NCBI GenBank assembly: GCA_041650035.1
Contig: JBAZLY010000001.1
Location: 29,238-93,237 of the forward strand
DNA from: Candidatus Omnitrophota bacterium
GTDB lineage: Bacteria; Omnitrophota; Gorgyraeia; JABMRG01
DNA length: 64,000 nt
Direction: 5' to 3'
The position numbers were made by a program, and so were the translations under genes. Positions 8,300-16,938 of the stretch are shown one piece after another. Positions within the stretch are counted from its first letter, which is position 1. Every line of letters begins with the position of its first letter. Under the pieces are notes generated by a model. The model worked only from the letters and a program-made list of their open reading frames with translations. It was not told where the DNA came from and ran no database searches.

Positions 8300-8851
8300 A
8301 TGGATATAGCAAAAAAAATACGCACCCTGCGCAAGGAAAGCGGCCTTACTCTCAAAGCGCTCTCCCTTTCAAGCGGTGTCGCCTTGGCGACACTAAGCAG
8401 GATTGAAACCGGTAAAATGATGGGAACTGTCGAATCTCATAAGGCTATAGCAACCGCCCTCGGCCAGACCCTTTCTCAACTCTATAGTAATTTGGAAAAT
8501 AAAGAGTCCTCTTTTGAATATCAAAACCTTGAGAACCGGACAGACTTGTTCCTGCACAACGATAAGGCGTCTTATCACATGCTCACCAGCAATATACTCT
8601 CAAAGAAAATGATGCCGGTCATGCTAAAACTATCTCCGGGAGGCAGGACCAGTCTCGAACAACCCTCTTTCGCGACGGAAAAATTCTTATACGTGCTTAA
8701 AGGCAAGGTAGAGGTAATGATCGAAAAGACGAGACACGTCTTAAAAAAATCAGAGACGCTCTATTTCAACGCGGGTTTAAGCCACTATCTTAAAAATTCC
8801 TGCAGGGATGAAGCCCTGGTCATATGCGTTATCACCCCACCGGCGTTATAG
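8300..8851 (+). CDS. XRE-family HTH transcriptional regulator with C-terminal cupin domain (183 aa)
   Basis: HTH block IRTLRKESGLTLKALSLSSGVALATLSRIETGK; cupin-like LYVLKGKVEVMIE...LYFNAGLSHYLKN. Start moved to the first ATG (8300), because the track's 8117 start runs through the AT-rich promoter region. Confidence 0.85.
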   Translation: MDIAKKIRTLRKESGLTLKALSLSSGVALATLSRIETGKMMGTVESHKAIATALGQTLSQLYSNLENKESSFEYQNLENRTDLFLHNDKASYHMLTSNILSKKMMPVMLKLSPGGRTSLEQPSFATEKFLYVLKGKVEVMIEKTRHVLKKSETLYFNAGLSHYLKNSCRDEALVICVITPPAL

Positions 8852-8861
8852 GAGACGTATC

Positions 8862-9221
8862 ATGAAGAAAAAAATCTTAGTATGTGACGATGAAAAAGGG
8901 GTCCGTGAATCTCTGAAATTGATACTATGCGGAAAATACGATGTCATATTGTCCGAAAACGGATCGCAGGCTATAGAGCTGATCCATGGAAATAAGGAGC
9001 TCGAATGCATACTCCTCGACATCAAAATGCCCGCGCCAAACGGTATTGAACTGTTGAAATATTTCAAAAAATGCGGCATACGGATCCCGGTCATTGTGGT
9101 AACAGGCTACCAAAGCGTCGAGACTGCCGCTGAATCCTTAAACAACGGAGCGATCAGCTATATTACCAAACCCTTCCGTTCAGAACTTGTTTTGAACGCG
9201 CTGGAAAAAGCCGTCACCTAA
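8862..9221 (+). CDS. Single-domain response regulator (CheY-like receiver, 119 aa)
   Basis: Receiver residues: DD near the N-terminus (VCDDEKG), phospho-acceptor context ILLDIKMP, VVTGY, ITKPF. GGAG lies 7 nt upstream of the ATG at 8862. Confidence 0.9.
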   Translation: MKKKILVCDDEKGVRESLKLILCGKYDVILSENGSQAIELIHGNKELECILLDIKMPAPNGIELLKYFKKCGIRIPVIVVTGYQSVETAAESLNNGAISYITKPFRSELVLNALEKAVT

Positions 9222-9237
9222 CCTGCAGGCTTGCAAT

Positions 9238-10812
9238 ATGTTCTTCTATTACGCGACATCCCTGCTTACAGTCATAACATCCCTTGCCTTGGGGATTTTT
9301 GTTTTCTTTAAAAATCCAGACAACAGACTTCATATATCGCTTTTCCGTATGAATATCGTAGTCGCCGCTTGGAGTCTTTTTCTCTTTCTCCATTATGCCA
9401 GCAAGACATATCAGCAGGCAATTATTACATTGTATATACTGCATAGCGCCGTTATATTAATACCTGCCTGTTTTATCCATCTTGTCTGCGACCTGCTTGG
9501 CATCTCCAGCCCTGCACGCATAAGGATCCCATATATAATCTGCGGCGCTTTTATACCTCTTGTATATTCTCCTTATTTCATTAACGGGGTACAACAAAAA
9601 AATATTTTCAAATACTACGCTAATGCAGGAGATATTTATATACTATGGGTCATAACCTATTGCCTGATGGCTGGATACGGCGTTTACTTGATGATAAGTC
9701 ACTACAAAAACTCTCCCATTATAAAAAAGATACAAATACGCTATATACTCTGCGCCTCACTTATAGGTTTTACCGGAGGGGCTACTATCTATTTTCTTTT
9801 TTATAACATACCGATACCGCCTTTTGGAGAGCATATCGTATTCCTATATCCGGTTATATTTTCCGTGGCCGTGCTTAAACATGACGCCCTGGAACTAAAC
9901 ATCGCCATAAAAAGAACCATTGTTTACTCCGTGTCAATAGCGCTTATCACCCTTGCATACCTTATCATCGTCTTATTATCGGAACGATTTCTGCGAGATG
10001 CTATGGGATATCATTCCATAGGCATCAGTGTCGGCGCCGCTGTAGTCATAGCGCTCATATTCAGCCCGTTGAAAAACCGGGTCGAAAAGATCATAGAAAG
10101 ATTTTATATACAAAACACCTATCAAAAGATGCAAAAAGAACTTATAGAATCCGACAAGAGCAGGGCGCTGGCGCACCTGGCGGCCGGCCTTGCGCACGAG
10201 ATACGCAATCCCCTGACTGCTATTAAGACATTTTGCGAATTTTTGCCTAAGAGATTTGATGATAAGCGGTTCAGGGAGGATTTCTCAAAAATAGTAACCG
10301 ATGAAGCTGAAAAGATCGGCTCACTCATTGATCAGCTGCTTGAATTCGCGAAACCGTCATCGTTGAGGATATCGGACTGCGATGTAAGACAGGCACTCGA
10401 TTATACCCTGAACCTGCTTTCAGCAGAAACACTAAAATCAAACATCAGGATAACAAGGGATTACGCCCAAGACGGACGCATTATACAGGCTGATACCGTT
10501 AAATTAAAGCATGTGTTTTTTAACATAATTAAGAACAGCCTTGAATCGATGAAGAAAGGCGGGACGGTCAAGATTGTGACAAGACCAGGTCATGACAAAT
10601 TAAATATTGACATACAAGATAACGGCTGCGGTATAGCAGAAAAGGATCTCGGCAGGATATTCGAACCGTTTTTTTCACGCAAGGATAATGGCACGGGACT
10701 TGGCCTGTCCGTGGCAAAAAGCATAATCCTTGAGCACAAAGGTGAAATTTATGCCAAAAGCGCTCCCGGGTCCGGAACAGTATTTACGATATCCCTGCCA
10801 ATATGCACTTAA
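9238..10812 (+). CDS. Sensor histidine kinase with multi-pass (about 7 TM) N-terminal sensor domain
   Basis: H-box LAHEIRNPLTAI, N-box FFNIIKNSLESM, G1 DNGCGI, G2 GTGLGLS. The N-terminal roughly 280 aa are hydrophobic helices. Confidence 0.9.
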   Translation: MFFYYATSLLTVITSLALGIFVFFKNPDNRLHISLFRMNIVVAAWSLFLFLHYASKTYQQAIITLYILHSAVILIPACFIHLVCDLLGISSPARIRIPYIICGAFIPLVYSPYFINGVQQKNIFKYYANAGDIYILWVITYCLMAGYGVYLMISHYKNSPIIKKIQIRYILCASLIGFTGGATIYFLFYNIPIPPFGEHIVFLYPVIFSVAVLKHDALELNIAIKRTIVYSVSIALITLAYLIIVLLSERFLRDAMGYHSIGISVGAAVVIALIFSPLKNRVEKIIERFYIQNTYQKMQKELIESDKSRALAHLAAGLAHEIRNPLTAIKTFCEFLPKRFDDKRFREDFSKIVTDEAEKIGSLIDQLLEFAKPSSLRISDCDVRQALDYTLNLLSAETLKSNIRITRDYAQDGRIIQADTVKLKHVFFNIIKNSLESMKKGGTVKIVTRPGHDKLNIDIQDNGCGIAEKDLGRIFEPFFSRKDNGTGLGLSVAKSIILEHKGEIYAKSAPGSGTVFTISLPICT

Positions 10813-10899
10813 AAATACCTAACAAAACACCCGGTAGCATTTGATCGCAGAGTTTATCCCGGCAGCTATAAAGAGAAGATTACATAAAAACCCGCCGCC

Positions 10900-11520
10900 T
10901 TATTCAGAGGTATTAGCAAAAGGCCTGTCCTCGCCGGACAAAGCGGGTTCCGGCTGGGATTGCTGAATATATGCCGACGTTATAAGCAACGCGCCAAAAG
11001 GTACCACAAAAAGGCTTATGATAAGACCTGCAAATGGTATCTGTCCGGCTAAGCCGTTTATAACTATATAGACAATAGCCAATGCCAAATTGACCCAAAG
11101 ACCATTGCCCTTTACCATTGCCCAACTTGCCTTTAAAGAATCTACCGGGCCATAGCCCTTATCAATTGCCATAAAATATGAATAAAGCCACATAGTCATA
11201 AGCAGGACGCCCGGGACAATAAAAAGCAAAAGTCCGGTGAAAACGGCAAGGCCCTGCAAAAAGAACAGCCCAAGCAAAGGCCAAAATCTGTTAAGCATCT
11301 TAAAGATATCATTAAATTCTATCTTCTTTTCCTGGCTGCGCATGGCCTTAAGGGTCATATAACAATAACCGCCAAACAAAGGGCCAGATAGTATTAATAA
11401 GGTAAACAAGGATAATAACTGAAAGACAAGCGTTGCGAGCAAAAGCATAGGGATATTAACCTTATAGACATCAAACGCCTCTACAAAACATCTCTTTATA
11501 TCAAGCTGCCTTGTCTCCAT
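10900..11520 (-). CDS. Integral membrane protein, function unknown (206 aa)
   Basis: Several long hydrophobic segments. CAGGAGGTAATGG precedes the ATG. No catalytic motif recognised. Confidence 0.7.
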   Translation of the reverse strand: METRQLDIKRCFVEAFDVYKVNIPMLLLATLVFQLLSLFTLLILSGPLFGGYCYMTLKAMRSQEKKIEFNDIFKMLNRFWPLLGLFFLQGLAVFTGLLLFIVPGVLLMTMWLYSYFMAIDKGYGPVDSLKASWAMVKGNGLWVNLALAIVYIVINGLAGQIPFAGLIISLFVVPFGALLITSAYIQQSQPEPALSGEDRPFANTSE

Positions 11521-11606
11521 CCATTACCTCCTGTGTTTAAGACGGTTATTTAAACAGTACCGCGGAAATAAACCCTGCTATTGAAACACGTTATTATACA
11601 CGGCTG

Positions 11607-12497
11607 TTATGCCGGCACATTATGGCAGACAAGTTCAGGGTCAATACGCCTTAATAAGCCCTTAAGCACCGTGCCCGGGCCTATCTCAAAAAAATGCTTA
11701 ATACCTCGTGAGGCAATATTCCTTATCGAGTCCTCCCATCTGGTAGTAAGGCTCATTTGGTCAACAAGGTTGGCCTTTATCATATCAGGGTCATCTTGCG
11801 CAAAAGCGGTAACATTACTAATAACAGGTATCTTGGGCGGCATAAACTGTATATCCTTTAACGCCTTTTCCAGCTTGTGGCAGGCCTGTGCCATTAACGC
11901 CGAATGAAAAGGCCCGCTCACATCAAGGACAATGACCCGTTTCGCGCCTCTATCGCCTGCCAGGATAGATGCCCTATCAATAGACTCCATGGAGCCTGAT
12001 ACGACAATCTGCCCGGGGCAATTAAGATTTGCTATCTGGGCCTTTGATTCCTGACATATATCTTCAACCTGATATGTATCAAGGCCGATAATACAGGCCA
12101 TTTTGCCCGGGTTATCATTGGAGGCCTCTTCCATAAACTGCCCTCTTAACCTTACTAGCTTAACGGCATCGCTAAAACACATTGTTTCCGCGCATACCAA
12201 GGCGCTGTATTCTCCAAGGCTAAGACCCAATACCGCTTGAGGCACATAATCGCAACGAGACAATAGATGAACTCGCAATGCTGCGATAGATGAAACTAAA
12301 ATCGCAACCTGGCAGTTCCGGGTCCGGGTAAGTTCTTCCGCGGGGCCGTCAAAACAAAGCCGCTTAAGGTCGAAACCCAGTATCTCGTTTGCCTGGTCGA
12401 ATGTCATGCGGGCTATTTCATGATTATCATAAAGCGTTTTCCCCATACCTACATACTGCGCGCCTTGCCCGGGAAACATAAAAGCAGATTCTACCAT
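11607..12497 (-). CDS. fabD: Malonyl-CoA:ACP transacylase
   Basis: FMFPGQGAQYVGMG and the active-site GLSLGEYSAL. I prefer the ATG at 12497 (ATGgTAG overlap with the fabH stop). The track's ATG at 12518 is also possible. Confidence 0.9.
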   Translation of the reverse strand: MVESAFMFPGQGAQYVGMGKTLYDNHEIARMTFDQANEILGFDLKRLCFDGPAEELTRTRNCQVAILVSSIAALRVHLLSRCDYVPQAVLGLSLGEYSALVCAETMCFSDAVKLVRLRGQFMEEASNDNPGKMACIIGLDTYQVEDICQESKAQIANLNCPGQIVVSGSMESIDRASILAGDRGAKRVIVLDVSGPFHSALMAQACHKLEKALKDIQFMPPKIPVISNVTAFAQDDPDMIKANLVDQMSLTTRWEDSIRNIASRGIKHFFEIGPGTVLKGLLRRIDPELVCHNVPA

Positions 12498-13477
12498 TTT
12501 ATTACAATAGACCCCCATGTGAAACCGGCGCCAAAGGCGACCAGTACAACAATATCCCCTTTCTTTATCCTTTTTTCGTCAACAGCCTCACAAAGGGCAA
12601 TTATCGTTGACGCGGCCGAGACATTACCGTATTTAGCAACATTAAGATACACCTTTTCTTCGGGAAGGCCTATCCTCTGTCTCACGGAATTTATTATTCT
12701 CATATTTGCCTGGTGCGGGATAAGAAGAGATATATCCTTACAGCCCAATTTAGCCTCGCAAACTGCCCTTGTAGCGGCATCAGTCATAATCCTGACAGCG
12801 GATTTAAATACCTCGCTACCGCTCATCTTGATATAATGAAGCCTGTTCTTGACGGTATCAATCGAAGCGGGGTTTTTCGACCCCCCTCCAGGCAGATATA
12901 AAAGGTTTGCCAGGTTCCCGTCTGATCCAAGATAGTGCGACAGTATGCCGCCTGACGAGACCGGCTGTAAGACAGCGGCCCCGGAGCCGTCTCCAAACAA
13001 GACACAGGTATTTCTATCCGTATAATCAGTAACAGAGCTTAATACCTCAACTCCTATGACCATAGCGTTTTTGTATACACCCGAACATATAAACTGTTTC
13101 GCGGTGACCAAGCCGTAGATAAATCCTGAACATGCCGCCCCAATATCAAAACACACGGCATTCTTTGCCCCCAGTTTGGACTGGACAAAACAAGACGTGG
13201 ACGGAAAAGGCATATCAGGGGTAATGGTGGCGACAATAATAAGCTCTAATTCTTCCGGTTTGATCTTTGCCCCTTCCAGGGCCTTGCGTGCGGCGCTTAC
13301 CGCCAGATCGCTTGATGCCGTTCCTGGCTGGGCTATCCGTCTTTTTTTTATGCCGGTCCTTGTCGTTATCCATTCATCCGACGTGTCAACCATCTTTTCA
13401 AGATCGTGATTTGTCAAAACCTTTTTCGGCACGCACATGCCAATACCTGTAATTCCGACCGGTCTATTCGTTCTCAT
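12491..13477 (-). CDS. fabH: 3-oxoacyl-ACP synthase III
   Basis: Catalytic triad contexts GAACSGF, PHQANMRI and YGNVSAAS. 328 aa. Confidence 0.93.
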   Translation of the reverse strand: MRTNRPVGITGIGMCVPKKVLTNHDLEKMVDTSDEWITTRTGIKKRRIAQPGTASSDLAVSAARKALEGAKIKPEELELIIVATITPDMPFPSTSCFVQSKLGAKNAVCFDIGAACSGFIYGLVTAKQFICSGVYKNAMVIGVEVLSSVTDYTDRNTCVLFGDGSGAAVLQPVSSGGILSHYLGSDGNLANLLYLPGGGSKNPASIDTVKNRLHYIKMSGSEVFKSAVRIMTDAATRAVCEAKLGCKDISLLIPHQANMRIINSVRQRIGLPEEKVYLNVAKYGNVSAASTIIALCEAVDEKRIKKGDIVVLVAFGAGFTWGSIVIKW

Positions 13478-13497
13478 TTAGGGCAATTCCCTTCCTG

Positions 13498-14484
13498 CTA
13501 AGCTATAGCATCAACAATATGCTGATTAACCTCAAGTTTGACAAATTCCGCGGCCTCTCTTATAGCGTTCTTTATAGCCTTGGCGGATGAGCCTCCATGA
13601 CATATGATACATACCCCGTTAACACCTAATAGCGGAGCTCCTCCATATTCGGAATAATCTATCTCTTTTTTTAATGCCCTGAAAGCGGGCAAGCTGAGAA
13701 GGGCCCCTATCTGGGTTAAGAAACCCTGTTTCAGTTTCCTTTTAAGAAAAACCGTCAGTGTGTGGGCCAATGACTCCGATACCTTGAGTACCACATTTCC
13801 AACAAACCCATCACAAACGATAACGTCATAATCGCCTGTATATATATCGCCGCCCTCCACGTTTCCTGTGAATTTTATGCCGCTGGCATTAAGCAGCCTG
13901 CGCGTCTCTTTTATGAAATCCGTCCCCTTTGCCTCCTCTTCCCCTACATTAAGCAAACCTATCTTTGCCGTTTTTTTGCCGAACAGGTATTTTTGTAAAA
14001 CATCCCCCATAACAGCATATTGCAGCAGGTGTTCGGGCTTGGGATTAATATTGGCCCCGACATCAATAAGCACGCAGAGGTCTTTCAGCGTGGGGTATAT
14101 AAGGCCTATACCCGGCCTTTGCACCCCGCTTAAAAGGCCCATCTTTAAAGCCACGGCACATACAACCGCGCCTGTATTGCCCGCTGATACAAAGGCATCA
14201 ACCTTACCATCGCGCATTAGCCTGGCGCTGACATTTATAGAAGAATCTCTTTTTTTCCGAACGCTCAAGGCCGCCGGTTCATCCATGCCAATAGCCTCCG
14301 AGGCATGGCAAACCGATATGGAGCGGGGTGTGCGGGCGCCTCTTTTAAAAAGCTCCTGCTGTATCGTTTCATTATCACCGACAAGGACTATATCATATCC
14401 AAATTCCCTGCTGGCAAGCAGGGCGCCTTCTATCACAACGCTGGGCGCATTATCCCCACCCATGGCATCTACGGCAATACGCAT
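13498..14484 (-). CDS. plsX: Phosphate acyltransferase PlsX
   Basis: MRIAVDAMGGDNAP N-terminus and VSAGNTGA, in the canonical rpmF-plsX-fabH-fabD context. Confidence 0.93.
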   Translation of the reverse strand: MRIAVDAMGGDNAPSVVIEGALLASREFGYDIVLVGDNETIQQELFKRGARTPRSISVCHASEAIGMDEPAALSVRKKRDSSINVSARLMRDGKVDAFVSAGNTGAVVCAVALKMGLLSGVQRPGIGLIYPTLKDLCVLIDVGANINPKPEHLLQYAVMGDVLQKYLFGKKTAKIGLLNVGEEEAKGTDFIKETRRLLNASGIKFTGNVEGGDIYTGDYDVIVCDGFVGNVVLKVSESLAHTLTVFLKRKLKQGFLTQIGALLSLPAFRALKKEIDYSEYGGAPLLGVNGVCIICHGGSSAKAIKNAIREAAEFVKLEVNQHIVDAIA

Positions 14485-14501
14485 AGGATACCGTCTCCTC
14501 T

Positions 14502-14702
14502 TCAGGCCTTATGTTTCTTGGTTTTTTCTTTCCTTACAACTACCTGCCTGCCCTTGTAGTAACCGCATTTCGCGCACACCCTATGCGGCATAACGATACT
14601 ACCACAATTAGGGCATTTGGCAAGAGATGGGTCAAGCAGTTTATAATGAGTGCGTCTTTTCCTTCCCCTTGCTTTTGAATGTCTCCTTTTTGGTAATCCC
14701 AT
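14502..14702 (-). CDS. rpmF: 50S ribosomal protein L32
   Basis: MGLPKRRHSKARGRKRRTH plus a CxxC...CxxC zinc ribbon (CPNCG..CAKCG). TGGAGG SD upstream. Confidence 0.93.
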   Translation of the reverse strand: MGLPKRRHSKARGRKRRTHYKLLDPSLAKCPNCGSIVMPHRVCAKCGYYKGRQVVVRKEKTKKHKA

Positions 14703-14787
14703 TTTAAGCCTCCAATTTTATCAAACACTATTTTACCCGGCATAAATTAATACTGCCCGGGGACAAACTCAATATTACCTCAAGAGA

Positions 14788-15009
14788 TCAAAACTTGATT
14801 TCCAAGATCTTTTTCCTGCTGTTAAATCCCGATATTATGCGAATATCTGACCTGCGCGCGTTAAAATATCCGGCAATAACCTTTAACAATGATTCATTGG
14901 CTTTGCCGTCCACCGGCGCGGCCTTCAGATATACCTTATACTCATCTCCGGGACCCTGTTTGACCTCATCCCTCGAGGACCTTGGCTGGACCTTTACACG
15001 GACGTTCAT
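14788..15009 (-). CDS. DUF167 (YggU) family protein
   Basis: VKVQPRSSRDEV...LKAAPVDGKANESL is the typical YggU signature. ATGA overlap with yggT. Confidence 0.85.
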   Translation of the reverse strand: MNVRVKVQPRSSRDEVKQGPGDEYKVYLKAAPVDGKANESLLKVIAGYFNARRSDIRIISGFNSRKKILEIKF

Positions 15010-15305
15010 TTAAGCCTTTGGGCCAGGTCCATCAGCGTATGCACTAAAAAACTCTGAATAAAAATTAAACACAGTATAGCGATAATAGGCGAAACATCAA
15101 TCGCCCAAAACTGCATCTTCAACCCTCTTCTGATGGGGCTTAAAAGGGGTTCTGTGGCACGCTGTAAGAATTGAACTATAGGGTTAAAAGGGTCTGGGTT
15201 AACCCAGCTTATAAGCGCCTTGATTATTATCATCCAATAGAGTAATGTGATGACGATATCAAGCACCTTTGCTATACTCATGATAAAATTGCTCAAAACA
15301 AACAT
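15006..15305 (-). CDS. yggT: YggT family membrane protein
   Basis: ALISWVNPDPFNP...TEPLLSPIRR...IDVSPI is YggT-like. Start set at the ATG at 15305, which has GGAGG 8 nt upstream. The track's start is a TTG at 15341. Confidence 0.85.
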   Translation of the reverse strand: MFVLSNFIMSIAKVLDIVITLLYWMIIIKALISWVNPDPFNPIVQFLQRATEPLLSPIRRGLKMQFWAIDVSPIIAILCLIFIQSFLVHTLMDLAQRLK

Positions 15306-15360
15306 GCAGCATACCTCCATTTTTACAGCCGGGCAATACAACTTTTTTATAAACGCCGGT

Positions 15361-16152
15361 TCAGGCCAATTGCCTTGACCTGTCGAAGGCAGCCTTCACA
15401 GCCTCCCGGACAATAGCCTCAAAACCTCGTTTTTTAAAGACCTTCAATGCCGCCTCTGTCGTGCCGCCTTTTGAGGCTACATCCTGCTTGAGAAAAACCG
15501 GGTATTTGTTCAGGCTGTACTGCAAAAAACTGGCACCAAATATTGTCTGCGTCACAAGCCTGAATGCCAAATCTTTTTTTATGCCTAAGGAAACCGCTGA
15601 CTTGGCCATAGCCTCCATCAGCAAGAAAAGGTACGCAGGCCCGCTGCCTGACACAGCCGTCACGGCGTCCATATGCCTCTCATCCAATACAACCGTCTTG
15701 CCAATACTGTTAAATATTAATTCCGTGTTACGCTTATCCTGTCTGGTGACGGCATTGCTGTAAGATAAAGCCGTCATCGCGCAATGGGCAAGTGCTGGCA
15801 TATTCGGCATAGCCCTGACAATCTTCCTGACCCGGGTCTTTTTTTTAATAAAATTTATCCTTTTGCCCGCTACTATGGATATCAGGAGCCTGCCCTGTAA
15901 GGCATCCGCCATATCCTCAAGAACCGGACCCATATCCTGGGGTTTAACCGATATTATAACAATATCGCTTTTTTGACAAGCGTCTGTATTAGAGCGTGAA
16001 ACCCAAACACCATATTCAGAACCCAGATATTTTAATCTGGTCGCGTCTTTATCAGCGATAAAAATACGCGTCTTACCCGGGTACTTTTTGAGCGTCAGCC
16101 CCCTTAATATGGCCTCGCCCATTTTGCCGCATCCTATGATCGATATCCTCAA
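15361..16152 (-). CDS. proC: Pyrroline-5-carboxylate reductase
   Basis: IIGCGKMGEAI Rossmann motif, MPNMPA, VSGSGPAY, SKGGTTEAAL. Confidence 0.92.
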   Translation of the reverse strand: MRISIIGCGKMGEAILRGLTLKKYPGKTRIFIADKDATRLKYLGSEYGVWVSRSNTDACQKSDIVIISVKPQDMGPVLEDMADALQGRLLISIVAGKRINFIKKKTRVRKIVRAMPNMPALAHCAMTALSYSNAVTRQDKRNTELIFNSIGKTVVLDERHMDAVTAVSGSGPAYLFLLMEAMAKSAVSLGIKKDLAFRLVTQTIFGASFLQYSLNKYPVFLKQDVASKGGTTEAALKVFKKRGFEAIVREAVKAAFDRSRQLA

Positions 16153-16162
16153 TCGCTTATCC

Positions 16163-16852
16163 TCAATTCACTTGACTATTGAATATGGCTGAACCTATCC
16201 TGACGATCGTCGCGCCTTCTTCAACGGCTATTTCAAAGTCCTGCGTCATCCCCATAGAAAGCTCTTTGATATTGCGGTAACCGGCAGAGACGATACTATC
16301 CCTCAACAAGCGCAAGTTGTTGAAATACGGTCTAACATCTTCTCTATTCTTGACTATAGGAGCTATTGTCATAAGACCTATCAGATTAATATTAGGAAAA
16401 GACGACGTTTGTTTCACGAATCCACAAACATCACCGGGGGCAATACCGTATTTAGAAATTTCACCTGATATATTAACTTCGATTAAACAATCAATGCGCT
16501 TACCTGACAGATATGCCTGTTTATCTATCTCGCGGGCAAGATTAATACTGTCAAGGGAATGTATGACATCAAACATACTAAGGCACAGGGCTGTTTTATT
16601 TGTCTGAAGATGGCCTATCATGTGCCATTTAACAGCCTTGGCCGCCTGGCCAAGAAGATTATATTTAAAAATAGCATCCTTGACCCTGTTTTCCCCAATA
16701 TCCGAAACCCCTGATACCAAAACATCGTGAAGCTGCTTAATGGTGGCTGTCTTAGTTACAGGCATCAACCGGATATCTGCCGGATCGCGGCCCGCCTTTT
16801 TGGCCGCATTCTCTATTCTTTCCTTAACCAGGGCAAGGTTTCTGATAACCAT
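16163..16852 (-). CDS. yggS: PLP-binding protein YggS/PLPBP family
   Basis: LMPVTKT (PLP lysine), HMIGHLQTNK, LSMGMTQDFEIA. Confidence 0.92.
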   Translation of the reverse strand: MVIRNLALVKERIENAAKKAGRDPADIRLMPVTKTATIKQLHDVLVSGVSDIGENRVKDAIFKYNLLGQAAKAVKWHMIGHLQTNKTALCLSMFDVIHSLDSINLAREIDKQAYLSGKRIDCLIEVNISGEISKYGIAPGDVCGFVKQTSSFPNINLIGLMTIAPIVKNREDVRPYFNNLRLLRDSIVSAGYRNIKELSMGMTQDFEIAVEEGATIVRIGSAIFNSQVN

Positions 16853-16859
16853 TTGGCAT

Positions 16860-16888
16860 ACTTTAACATAATATAATATTCAAGTCAA
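16860..16888 (-). promoter_or_regulatory. Candidate promoter of yggS in the 86-nt ftsA-yggS gap
   Basis: Minus strand TTGACT (16888-16883), 17 nt, TAAAGT (16865-16860). The yggS ATG begins 8 nt after the -10, and no SD is present. Confidence 0.35.
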
Positions 16889-16938
16889 TAATTTTATAGC
16901 TTTTCACGGCGGCTTAGCAAACCCAAATATAAAGGTTT

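Noticed and set aside
13868-14593. 241-aa plus-strand ORF
   Set aside because: It is antisense to plsX and rpmF, both unambiguous. It has Ser/Pro/Leu-rich composition typical of a reverse-frame artefact.
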